A stretch of DNA of 10,419 nucleotides from Candidatus Methylomirabilota bacterium (GCA_046726415.1 JBKPAK010000228.1:1-10419); one strand, 5' to 3'. Counted from the stretch's first letter, positions 1 to 7,632 are shown. Numbers and translations are program-made. The notes: generated by a model not told the origin, from the sequence alone.

Positions 1-363
1 GATCTCCACGACCTGCGTCGGATCGCCGAGAAGGTTGCCGACCATCCGCACGCCGCCCGCGTCCGGGAGCTCGACCAGCACCACGACGTAGGGCCCGTGG
101 CCCTTCAGTGCGGGATGCACCGGATGCCACGCGCGCTCCCACGAGTAGATCAGCCCGCGTGGCGCGACGGCCACCCACTCCAGATCGAAGACGAGGCAGC
201 GGTGGCAGATCCACTCCGGACCCCACTGCCACTGTCGGCAGGCGCGACATCGCTGGACGTTCAGCTCGCCCCGGCGCGTGCCCTCCCAGTAGGGCGCGTC
301 GAGGCCGTCGGGCTCGGGCATGGGCCGTGGCAGCCCCGTCGGCAAATACGTCGCGCCGCTCAC
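1..363 (-). CDS. DUF35 family Zn-ribbon/OB-fold protein (ChsH2 C-terminal-like acyl-CoA-binding scaffold), 3' end outside window
   Basis: Hand translation from GTG at 363 is open to base 1: MSGATYLPTGLPRPMPEPDGLDAPYWEGTRRGELNVQRCRACRQWQWGPEWICHRCLVFDLEWVAVAPRGLIYSWERAWHPVHPALKGHGPYVVVLVELPDAGGVRMVGNLLGDPTQVVEI. It shows PYWEG..GEL.VQRC, two CxxC pairs (CRAC, CHRC) and the GxIYSW / PYVVVLVEL / VRMVGNL OB-fold strands typical of DUF35. Start uncertain (no clear Shine-Dalgarno). Confidence 0.92.
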   Translation of the reverse strand, partial: MSGATYLPTGLPRPMPEPDGLDAPYWEGTRRGELNVQRCRACRQWQWGPEWICHRCLVFDLEWVAVAPRGLIYSWERAWHPVHPALKGHGPYVVVLVELPDAGGVRMVGNLLGDPTQVVEI

Positions 364-393
364 CGCACTACTGCCCAGGTCATCATGGGGCGT

Positions 394-953
394 TCAGAGC
401 GCGGCGTCGGTGCCCAGGATCATGCTCGATACCGGCGTCACCATCGGCCCCGAGATGACGAGAGCGACGCGCGCGCCCGGCACCTGGTTGGGCGATTCCC
501 CGCGCAGCTGCCGCACCGCCTCGATCTGCAGCTCGAGCCCGTGCATGTAGCACTCGGCGAGATTGCCGCTGGTGGTGTTGAGGGGCAGGCGCCCGGTGGG
601 GGCGATCAAGTTCTCGAGGGTGAGAAACTCGTTGGCCTCCTCGGGGGCAAAGAAACCATGCTCGACCAGGCTCATGAGGACACCACCGGTGAAGTTCTCA
701 TAGCTCTGGACGACGTCGATGGCCTTCGGACTGCCCCGGCCATCGCGTAGAGATGAGGGGCCACCGTGGTGAAGCTCGACGAGGCGTAGGTCGGCGCATT
801 GTGGCCACCGGCGGCGTTTCGGTACTCGGAGCCCTGGGCCACGCCGAGCAGGTACGCCGGCCGCTGGCGGACATCGCGCGCGCGCTCCGCGGAAACCAGG
901 ATCAGCGCGGCCGCCCCGTCGTTTTCCATGCAGCAGTCGAACAGCCGGAACGG
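394..953 (-). pseudogene. C-terminal half (about 186 codons) of an Ltp2/SCPx-type thiolase-superfamily protein; 5'-truncated and with a 1-nt frameshift at 733-737
   Basis: ORF 672..1118 frame gives PFRLFDCCMENDGAAALILVSAERARDVRQRPAYLLGVAQG...HLYAMAG (953-735). ORF 394..1095 frame continues SPKAIDVVQSYENFTG...GRLPLNTTSGNLAECYMHGLELQIEAVRQLRGESPNQV...MILGTDAAL* (732-394). The junction reads GCC GGG GC AGT CCG, one base short. Upstream of 953 I see no thiolase-like sequence and only about 190 nt remain before the next gene, too little for the missing N-terminal half. Confidence 0.85.
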
Positions 954-959
954 GCCGGA

Positions 960-1007
960 GGAACGGCGTTCTGATTTCGGAACATCGTTCCGCATTCCGC
1001 TCGGAAC
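960..1007. promoter_or_regulatory. Operator-like cluster of GAAC/GTTC inverted and direct repeats
   Basis: GGAACggcGTTC (960-971) and GGAACatcGTTC (979-990) at a 19-nt period; imperfect palindrome GTTCTGATTTCGGAAC (968-983); GTTCCG-N9-CGGAAC (987-1007). Regulator unknown. Confidence 0.4.
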
Positions 1008-1076
1008 TGCACGCCCTTCCGCGTCCCGTGTCACGCCGTCTGTGCTCAAGGGCCCCCTCGCGTTGCGATCCGCGTC

Positions 1077-1140
1077 GGCGCCGGAGGCGGCCCATCGCTC
1101 ACGTGAAGGCGGCATCACCTCGGTGGTATGGACCGGCGCC
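1077..1140 (-). other. Inverted repeat immediately 3' of the minus-strand binding-protein gene (possible mRNA 3' structure)
   Basis: GGCGCCGG (1077-1084) pairs with CCGGCGCC (1133-1140), beginning 2 nt after the TAA at 1143-1145. The interior is long and there is no U-tract, so it is not a canonical intrinsic terminator. Confidence 0.25.
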
Positions 1141-1142
1141 CC

Positions 1143-2714
1143 TTACTGGCTCTTGAGCTTCACGTCTTCCCAGGCGGAGAAGGGCACGAGGTGCATGGAG
1201 TCGAGCATGTGCTCGGCCACGCGCGGCCCCACCCCCCGCAACGTGCGATAGTCCATGATAGGCGCGAACATGACCCGGTCGATGCTGAGCTGCTGGATGC
1301 GGTGGAGGAGCACCTCGCGCCTGGCCGGATCGCGCTCCCGCGCCTGCTGCTGGAAGAGGTCGTCGAGGTCGGGATATCCACCGTAGGCGTAGCTTCCGCC
1401 GGTGAACATGAACGCCTCCACGCGGCTGGCGGCATTGCCGGAATTCCCGGCCGCGGTGAGGAACAGCCCGCGCAGTTTCTTCTCCCGCCACGCCGCGTAG
1501 AAGGCCGCCCGCTCCATCGGCCGCATCTTCGTTCGGATGCCGATCGCGCTCAGGAAGTTCATCGAGGCCTCGGCCACCGTGAAGAACGGCGGAATCGGTG
1601 TCAGGTCGCCGGCGTCGAACCCCTTGGGGTATCCCGCCTCGGCCAGCAACTGCTTAGCCTTCTGCGGATCGTAGGCCGGCGGTGTGGTCTGGAGCGCGAA
1701 CTCCATCACCCGCGGCACGATGGCCCCCGCCGGCGGACAGTAGCCCAGGCAGGCCGCCTCGTTGATGGCCTTGCGGTCGAGCGCGAAGTTGACCGCCTGG
1801 CGGAGGCGCTTGTCATGCCACGGCGACTTGGGATCCCACTGCTCGGCGAACTCGATCCAGAAGATGGAGGCGTGCTTGGATGGGACGAGCTGCAATCGGG
1901 GATCCCGTCTCACGTTCAGGGCGTCCTCGCCGTCCAGGGCGTAGGCGATGTCCGCCTCTCCATTCTTCAGCATGGCCACTCGCGACGTTCCCTCGGGGAC
2001 GCTCTTCATGACGTACCGCTTGACGTACGGCACATGCCGCCAGTACCCCTGATAGGCTTCGAGCACGACCTCGACGCCGGGCTTGTGGCTCACGAACTTG
2101 TAGGGGCCGGCGCCGATGGGATGCTTCCGGAACCCCTCATCCCCAACCTGCGTCACGTACTTCTTGGGAACGACGATCCCGGCCGCGGTGGCCGTCGTCC
2201 CGTAGAAGGTCATGAAGTCCGGCCAGGGCTCTTTCAGGTGGAAGCGCACGGTCAGTGGATCCACGACCTCGACCTGCTTGACGCGCGCCTGGAGCTCGTT
2301 GGCTCCGGCCCCCTTGTAGCGCTCGAAGCTGAACTTCACGTCCTCGGCGGTGACGGGGTCGCCGTTGTGGAACTTCAGACCTCGGCGGAGCTTAAACTCG
2401 TACACGAGCCCGTCCGGGCTCTGGGTCCACGATTCAGCCAGGCTCGCGCTCATTTTCTGCCCTCCCGGCAGTGGCCGGACGAGGGCGTCGTGCAGGGCGT
2501 ACAGCATGCCGAACGGTGTGATCTGTGCAGGAGCGGTCGATGGATCGAACCAGGTTGGGGCGATGGTGACGTGCCACGCGATGGTCGCCTCACTCGCTGA
2601 GGCCGGCTGGCCCGCCGCTCCCGGCACCACGCCGAGCGTCAGCGCGGCGGCGATCAGCACCACGACGATGTGGCGATGCGATGGCGTATTGCGGGATCTC
2701 CGATATGGACCCAT
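1143..2714 (-). CDS. ABC transporter solute-binding protein, family 5 (peptide/nickel type), Sec-type signal peptide, 523 aa
   Basis: Family-5 signature SLAESWTQSPDGLVYEFKLRRGLKFHNGDPVTAEDVKFSFER, PIGAGPYKF, DKRLRQAVNFALDR, YDPQKAKQLLAEAGY. Basic N-region plus hydrophobic IVVVLIAAALTLGVV. GGAGG (2724-2720) 5 nt before ATG. Confidence 0.95.
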   Translation of the reverse strand: MGPYRRSRNTPSHRHIVVVLIAAALTLGVVPGAAGQPASASEATIAWHVTIAPTWFDPSTAPAQITPFGMLYALHDALVRPLPGGQKMSASLAESWTQSPDGLVYEFKLRRGLKFHNGDPVTAEDVKFSFERYKGAGANELQARVKQVEVVDPLTVRFHLKEPWPDFMTFYGTTATAAGIVVPKKYVTQVGDEGFRKHPIGAGPYKFVSHKPGVEVVLEAYQGYWRHVPYVKRYVMKSVPEGTSRVAMLKNGEADIAYALDGEDALNVRRDPRLQLVPSKHASIFWIEFAEQWDPKSPWHDKRLRQAVNFALDRKAINEAACLGYCPPAGAIVPRVMEFALQTTPPAYDPQKAKQLLAEAGYPKGFDAGDLTPIPPFFTVAEASMNFLSAIGIRTKMRPMERAAFYAAWREKKLRGLFLTAAGNSGNAASRVEAFMFTGGSYAYGGYPDLDDLFQQQARERDPARREVLLHRIQQLSIDRVMFAPIMDYRTLRGVGPRVAEHMLDSMHLVPFSAWEDVKLKSQ

Positions 2715-2784
2715 GCTCTCCTCCGCTCAACGCGTCCCTGGCCAGGTCGATGCCCTCGGACCAGTCCCGTGCCTCGATGCGCCG

Positions 2785-2813
2785 AGGATCGGCGCAAACG
2801 ATGCCCGCGTCAA
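2785..2813 (-). promoter_or_regulatory. Candidate sigma70-type promoter for the minus-strand binding-protein gene
   Basis: On the minus strand TTGACG (2813-2808), 17-nt spacer, GATCCT (2790-2785), within the 134-nt gap between the hydratase and the binding protein. The -10 match is weak. Confidence 0.35.
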
Positions 2814-2848
2814 TAACCTGCCCGAAGGTCTTCTCGTTCCGTGCGGGG

Positions 2849-3634
2849 TCACCGGCGCCTGCGGTTGACGAAGGCGTCCATCAGCCGTCGCGGCTCGTCG
2901 GTCGTCCGCGCCTCGACCACCGCGCGGATGCCCTGCTGCACCGCCTCCGCGATCGACAGGCGTTCCCAGTCGCCCACCAGTTTCTTTTGCAGGCGGATCG
3001 CGCGCGGGCCGGCTGCGCAGATCGCCGAGACCCACCGCTCGACTGCGGCATCGAGCTCGCCGAGCTCCACGAGCTTGTCGAGAAAGCCGCAGCGATGCGC
3101 CTCCTGGGCGTCGATCATCTCGCCGGTAAAGACCAGCTCGCGCGTCTTGCCCCAGCCGATCAAGCCGGGAAGCAAACAGGCTTCCATGCCCGACGGGATG
3201 CCGAATCTCACCTCGGGCATGCCGAATTTTGCCGTCGCGATGCCCACGCGCATGTCGCAGGCGGCCGCCAGCTCCATGCCGGCCCCCAGACAGTAGCCAT
3301 TGACGCGGGCGATGACGGGAACGGGCAGCCGCCGGATGGCCTCGCAGGCCAGGTGCGTCTTGGTGCTGACGACTTCGGCGCCGGCCGGATCGAGCCCCGC
3401 CATCTCCGCGATGTCGGCGCCGCCGATGAAGGCCCGGTCGCCGACCCCCGTCAGCACCGCGGCGCGCAGGTGCTCATCGCGCGCAAGCCGTTCGAAGGCC
3501 GCGATCAGCTCGTCCTTGCCGCGTTCCCCGAGGGTGTTGCGCTTCTCGGGGTTGTTTACCACGACATGGGCGACCCGGCCTGCACCGCGCTCCTCGAGGC
3601 GAGCGATCACCAGCGGTTCAGCGCCGTGGCCCAT
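2849..3634 (-). CDS. Enoyl-CoA hydratase/isomerase (crotonase superfamily), 261 aa
   Basis: NNPEKRNTL, AFIGGADI (oxyanion loop), PVPVIARVNGYCLGAGMELAAACD and FGMPEVRFGI with both crotonase catalytic Glu positions occupied, TGEMIDAQEA. GAGGAG (3646-3641) 6 nt before ATG. Confidence 0.95.
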   Translation of the reverse strand: MGHGAEPLVIARLEERGAGRVAHVVVNNPEKRNTLGERGKDELIAAFERLARDEHLRAAVLTGVGDRAFIGGADIAEMAGLDPAGAEVVSTKTHLACEAIRRLPVPVIARVNGYCLGAGMELAAACDMRVGIATAKFGMPEVRFGIPSGMEACLLPGLIGWGKTRELVFTGEMIDAQEAHRCGFLDKLVELGELDAAVERWVSAICAAGPRAIRLQKKLVGDWERLSIAEAVQQGIRAVVEARTTDEPRRLMDAFVNRRRR

Positions 3635-3696
3635 CCATCGCTCCTCACCTCAAGGGGTTTTCGACACTCGCCGACCGGCCTGGGTCGGGCGATCTG

Positions 3697-3718
3697 TGGT
3701 ATACCATACGGCATCCCA
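3697..3718. promoter_or_regulatory. GntR/FadR-type operator palindrome in the divergent promoter region
   Basis: Perfect palindrome TGGTATACCA (3697-3706) and a degenerate copy CGGCATCCCA (3709-3718, 7/10 match), AT-rich against the GC background, between divergent starts at 3634 and 3757. It fits the TGGT-N2-ACCA pattern known for GntR-family operators. Confidence 0.6.
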
Positions 3719-3756
3719 GGCCAACGATGACCTGACCGTCGGGGGTCCAACTCGGG

Positions 3757-4701
3757 ATGTTCCGATTCTTCCTCTCCCGCATCGGACAGACGCTCGCCGT
3801 GCTCTTCACGGTGTCGGTGATCATCTTTGCCCTCATGCGCCTGATCCCGGGTGACCCCATCATGATGATGTTGGGGGACGATTTCACCCAGGACGCGTAC
3901 CAGAAGCTCCGGACCAAGCTCGGCTTCGACCGCTCGGTCGTCACCCAGTACCTGATCTGGCTCGGGGCGATGCTGCGGGGCGACTTCGGCGACTCGTACC
4001 TGAACCACGAGCAGGTAAACCGGCTCGTGTGGGACGCCTTCCAGCCGACCCTGTGCCTCGTGCTGGCCAGCATGATCGTGGGCACCCTGATCGCGGTCCC
4101 TTCCGGCATCGTGGCCGCCATGCGCAAGGACAGCGCCTGGGACTGGGGCTCCATGGGGTTCGCGATCTTCGTGTACTCCATGCCGGGCTTCTGGAAGGGC
4201 ATCATCCTCATCTGGATCTTCAGCGTGCATCTCGGCTGGTTCCCCGCGGTGGGCTACGTGGCTCCGTGGCAGGACTTCTGGAACAGCATGTGGAAGCTCG
4301 CGCTTCCGGCGGTTACCCTCGGCACGTTCTTCTCCGGGCTCGTTGCCCGCATCATCCGGTCGAGCCTGCTCGAGGTGCTCGATCTCGACTACATCAAGGC
4401 GGCCCGGGCGCGCGGCGTGCGGCGAGGGGCCCTCGTCTACCGCCACGCGCTGGCCAACGCGCTCATTCCGGTGGTGACGGTGATCGGGCTCCAGTTTGGG
4501 ACCCTCCTCGGGGGGGCCGTCCTCACCGAGACGGTCTTCGGCATTCCCGGCATGGGCCGCCTCACGGTGGCGGCGATCCTGAATCGCGACTACGCGGTGG
4601 TGCAGGGGGCGATCCTCGTCGGCGTGTTCGCCATCGTCGTGGTGAACCTCGCCGTCGACCTCGCGTACGCGTTTCTCAACCCGCGCATCCGGGTGGCGTG
4701 A
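3757..4701 (+). CDS. dppB: Peptide/nickel-type ABC transporter permease (DppB/OppB family), 314 aa
   Basis: MFRFFLSRI...LIPGDP, LGFDRSVVTQY, LRGDFGDS, EAA-loop DYIKAARARGV...RHALANAL, ETVFGIPGMG, RDYAVVQG, LNPRIR. Symbol denotes family, not proven substrate. Confidence 0.95.
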   Translation: MFRFFLSRIGQTLAVLFTVSVIIFALMRLIPGDPIMMMLGDDFTQDAYQKLRTKLGFDRSVVTQYLIWLGAMLRGDFGDSYLNHEQVNRLVWDAFQPTLCLVLASMIVGTLIAVPSGIVAAMRKDSAWDWGSMGFAIFVYSMPGFWKGIILIWIFSVHLGWFPAVGYVAPWQDFWNSMWKLALPAVTLGTFFSGLVARIIRSSLLEVLDLDYIKAARARGVRRGALVYRHALANALIPVVTVIGLQFGTLLGGAVLTETVFGIPGMGRLTVAAILNRDYAVVQGAILVGVFAIVVVNLAVDLAYAFLNPRIRVA

Positions 4702-5618
4702 TGGCCCGACCGCTGACCGTCGACGATGCGCTTCCCGCGCCCGAACCGTCGTCGGGTGAGGCCATCGAGGCGCGCGGGCCCTCGAGCGCCCGCCGGTGGT
4801 GGCGCCGCTTCGCCCGCAACCGCGGCGCCGTCTTCGGCCTCGCCGTGTTCCTCGCGGTCGTCGTCATGGCCATCTTCGCCAACGTGCTGGCGCCATATGA
4901 CCCGCTCGCCCAGGGCGTCGGACCGGCGAATGAGGGACCGACGTGGAGCCACTGGGCCGGCACGGACAGCTTCGGGCGCGACATGCTGAGCCGCATCATC
5001 TACGGGGCCCGCATCGCTCTGATCGTCGGCATCGTGGCGGTGCTGCTGGCCATGGTGATCGGCGTCACCCTCGGCCTGGTCGCCGGCTACTACGGGGGCT
5101 GGGTGGACGTGATCATCATGCGGGTGATGGACGGCCTGTTCGCCTTTCCCATCATCATCCTGGCCATTGCCATGATGGCGGTCATGGGCTTCGGCGTGAA
5201 GAACGTCATCATTGCCGTCGCCGTCGGCTTCATCGCGCCCTTCGCACGCGTCACCCGGGCGGACGTGCTTGCCGTGAAGGAAGAACCCTACATCGAGGCG
5301 GCGCGGCTGGCCGGCGTGAAGCCGCCCGCCATCATTGCCCGCCATGTGCTCCCGAACGTGCTCGCGCCCATCATCGTGCAGGCGGCCCTGCGCGTCTCCG
5401 GCGCCATCATCACCGAGGCCGGCCTCTCGTTCCTCGGGCTAGGCCCGCCACCTCCGACGCCGGTGTGGGGCTCCATGATCGCCGAAGGGAGGAACTTCAT
5501 CGTCATGGCCCCTCACATCTCCACGATTCCGGGGATCGCTCTCATGGTGACGATCGTCGGCTTGAACCTTCTGGGCGACGGTCTCCGGGATACCCTCGAC
5601 CCGCGGCTTCGCCGATGA
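4701..5618 (+). CDS. dppC: Peptide/nickel-type ABC transporter permease (DppC/OppC family), 305 aa
   Basis: True start is ATG at 4701 overlapping the dppB stop (TGATG), not 4029. WRRFARNRGA, HWAGTDSFGRDMLSRIIYGARI, EAA-loop YIEAARLAG...RHVLPN, EAGLSFLGLG, GDGLRDTLDPR. Confidence 0.95.
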   Translation: MARPLTVDDALPAPEPSSGEAIEARGPSSARRWWRRFARNRGAVFGLAVFLAVVVMAIFANVLAPYDPLAQGVGPANEGPTWSHWAGTDSFGRDMLSRIIYGARIALIVGIVAVLLAMVIGVTLGLVAGYYGGWVDVIIMRVMDGLFAFPIIILAIAMMAVMGFGVKNVIIAVAVGFIAPFARVTRADVLAVKEEPYIEAARLAGVKPPAIIARHVLPNVLAPIIVQAALRVSGAIITEAGLSFLGLGPPPPTPVWGSMIAEGRNFIVMAPHISTIPGIALMVTIVGLNLLGDGLRDTLDPRLRR

Positions 5619-6580
5619 GGGAGCCCGTCCTCGAGGTGAGCGATCTCGCCGTCGAGTTCCAGTCCGAGGACGGCCCGCTGCGGGCGGTCGACGGGGTCAG
5701 CTTCTCCATCGGCCGCGGCGAGATCGTCGGCCTCGTCGGCGAGTCGGGTGCCGGCAAGACCCTCACCTCGGAAGCGGTGCTCGGACTGATCCGGTGTCCG
5801 CCTGGCCGGGTGAGCGGTCAGGTGCGCTTTCGCGGACAGAATCTGCTGGCCCTCGACGAGGCGGCGCTGGCGCGCATCCGGGGCAAGGACATCGCCATGA
5901 TCTTCCAGAACCCGGGAGCCTCTCTGAATCCCGTCTTTCGCGTGGGCGATCAGCTCGTGGAGGCCATGGCCCTGCACCTGGGCGACGGCCGCCGAGCGCT
6001 GTGGCGGCGTGCGGTGGAGATCCTGGCGCGCGTCGGCATCCCGTCGGCCGCCCTGCGCGTACACGACTATCCGCACCAGTTCTCGGGAGGCATGGCCCAG
6101 CGCGTGATGATCGGCATGGGCGTGTCATGTGTCCCGAGTTTGCTGATCGCCGATGAGCCGACCACGGCGCTGGACGTGACCATCCAGGCCCAGGTGCTGG
6201 CCCTCATCCGCAGCCTCGCTCGGGAGATGGGCATGGCCGTGCTCCTCGTCTCGCACGACCTCGGCATCGTCTCGCAGATGTGCCACCGCGTGATCGTGAT
6301 GTACGCGGGACGCCTCGTCGAGGAGGCGCCGGTGGCGACGATCTTCCGAGCCCCCGCGCATCCGTACACTCGCGCATTGATGGCCTGTTTGCCCGGCCTC
6401 GACGGGGACGACCGGCTGGGCGCCATCGCCGGAATGATGCCCGGCCTGAGAGCGCTCCCTGCCGGCTGCCGCTTCCATCCCCGGTGTCCGGTGGCCGAGT
6501 TGCGGTGCGCGCTGGAGGAGCCGGTGCTTCGCGGGGCCGGCCCCGAGCAGATTGCCGCCTGTCATCTGGTGGGAGCGTGA
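5615..6580 (+). CDS. dppD: Peptide/nickel-type ABC transporter ATP-binding subunit (DppD/OppD family), 321 aa
   Basis: Start ATG at 5615 by ATGA overlap with dppC (MREPVLEVSDLAVEF). Walker A GESGAGKT, signature FSGGMAQR, Walker B LLIADEPTTALD, HPYT, C-terminal CRFHPRC...C...ACH. Confidence 0.95.
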   Translation: MREPVLEVSDLAVEFQSEDGPLRAVDGVSFSIGRGEIVGLVGESGAGKTLTSEAVLGLIRCPPGRVSGQVRFRGQNLLALDEAALARIRGKDIAMIFQNPGASLNPVFRVGDQLVEAMALHLGDGRRALWRRAVEILARVGIPSAALRVHDYPHQFSGGMAQRVMIGMGVSCVPSLLIADEPTTALDVTIQAQVLALIRSLAREMGMAVLLVSHDLGIVSQMCHRVIVMYAGRLVEEAPVATIFRAPAHPYTRALMACLPGLDGDDRLGAIAGMMPGLRALPAGCRFHPRCPVAELRCALEEPVLRGAGPEQIAACHLVGA

Positions 6581-7632
6581 TGCCGCTGCTGGTGGTCGAG
6601 GATCTCGTCAAGCACTTTCCGCTCCGCGAGGGTGTGCTGAGGCGGGTCCTTTCTGGACGTCCGCGCGCCGTCCGCGCCGTCGACGGCATCAGCTTCGCGA
6701 TCGATCCGGGAGAGACGCTCGGACTCGTGGGCGAGAGCGGCTGCGGCAAGACGACGGCGGGCCGCCTCGTGCTGCGCGCCATCGACCCGACGAGCGGCCG
6801 CATCGTGTTCGAGGGCGAGGACATCGCGGCGCTGGCCCCGGGGCAACTCCTGTCGTTCCGGCGGAAGGCGCAGATCGTCTTCCAGGATCCGTATACATCC
6901 CTGAATCCGCGGATGGCGGTCGGGCGCATCGTCGCCGAACCGATGCGCGTCCACGGCCTGGCCGCCGCGTCTGAGCTCCCGGATCGCGTCCGGACGTTGC
7001 TCGAGATGGTCGGGCTCCGGCCCGAGCACGCGGAGCGCTACCCGCACGAGCTGAGCGGCGGTCAGCGCCAGCGCGTGGGAATCGCCCGAGCCCTGGCCGT
7101 CGGCCCGCGGCTCATCGTCGCCGACGAGGCGGTCTCGGCCCTCGACGTCTCCGTCCGCGCGCAGATTCTGAATCTGTTCGTGGAGCTGCGCGAGCGGCTC
7201 GGCCTCGCCTATCTCTTCGTGTCGCACGACCTGGGCGTGATCCGGTTCGTGAGCCACCGGGTGGCGGTCATGTACCTCGGTGCCCTGGTGGAGGTGGCGC
7301 CCACCGCTGAGCTGTTCAAGCGCCCCCTCCATCCCTACACGCAGGCGCTGCTGGCGGCGATCCCGACGATCGGCGACGGCCAGACGTCGATCTTCGACCA
7401 GCCCGCCCGGCTCCTCCAGGGCGAGCTGCCGAGCCCGATCGATCGCCCCCGCGGTTGTCGCTTTGCCAGCCGTTGCCCCCAAAAGTTCGGACGCTGCGAG
7501 GAAGCCGAGCCCCCACTCCAGGAGGTGGAGCCGGGGCGCACCGTCGCCTGTTATCTCTACGAGGGCGGCCGGCCAGCGGGTGGCCATGGAAACGGTCATC
7601 GGGACTCACATCACGCAGAAGAACAACCGTGA
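6580..7632 (+). CDS. dppF: Peptide/nickel-type ABC transporter ATP-binding subunit (DppF/OppF family), 350 aa
   Basis: Start ATG 6580 (or GTG 6577) overlapping the dppD stop; MPLLVVEDLVKHFP. Walker A GESGCGKT, LSGGQRQR, IVADEAVSALD, HPYT, CRFASRC...C...VACY. Confidence 0.95.
   Translation: MPLLVVEDLVKHFPLREGVLRRVLSGRPRAVRAVDGISFAIDPGETLGLVGESGCGKTTAGRLVLRAIDPTSGRIVFEGEDIAALAPGQLLSFRRKAQIVFQDPYTSLNPRMAVGRIVAEPMRVHGLAAASELPDRVRTLLEMVGLRPEHAERYPHELSGGQRQRVGIARALAVGPRLIVADEAVSALDVSVRAQILNLFVELRERLGLAYLFVSHDLGVIRFVSHRVAVMYLGALVEVAPTAELFKRPLHPYTQALLAAIPTIGDGQTSIFDQPARLLQGELPSPIDRPRGCRFASRCPQKFGRCEEAEPPLQEVEPGRTVACYLYEGGRPAGGHGNGHRDSHHAEEQP

Noticed and set aside
960..990. LexA (SOS) boxes
   Set aside because: Spacing is GAAC-N3-GTTC, not the GAAC-N4-GTTC Gram-positive box or the GTTC-N7-GTTC alphaproteobacterial box, and no repair genes are adjacent.
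394..1118. ORFs 394..1095 and 672..1118 as two intact overlapping genes or a programmed frameshift
   Set aside because: Each holds only part of one thiolase-fold sequence joined to non-homologous residues. No slippery heptamer is visible at the junction and the N-terminal half is missing anyway.
2715..2850. Protein-like minus-strand reading DPARNEKTFGQVIDAGIVCADPRRIEARDWSEGIDLARDAL in the hydratase/binding-protein gap
   Set aside because: No start codon with RBS and no family recognised; the gap is adequately explained as promoter and leader. A translated search would be needed to call it a gene remnant.
4029..6579. Long N-terminal extensions given for dppC (from 4029), dppD (from 4943) and dppF (from 6280)
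   Set aside because: Arg/Gly/Pro-rich off-frame reads overlapping the upstream gene. Family homology starts at the stop/start overlaps at 4701, 5615 and 6580.
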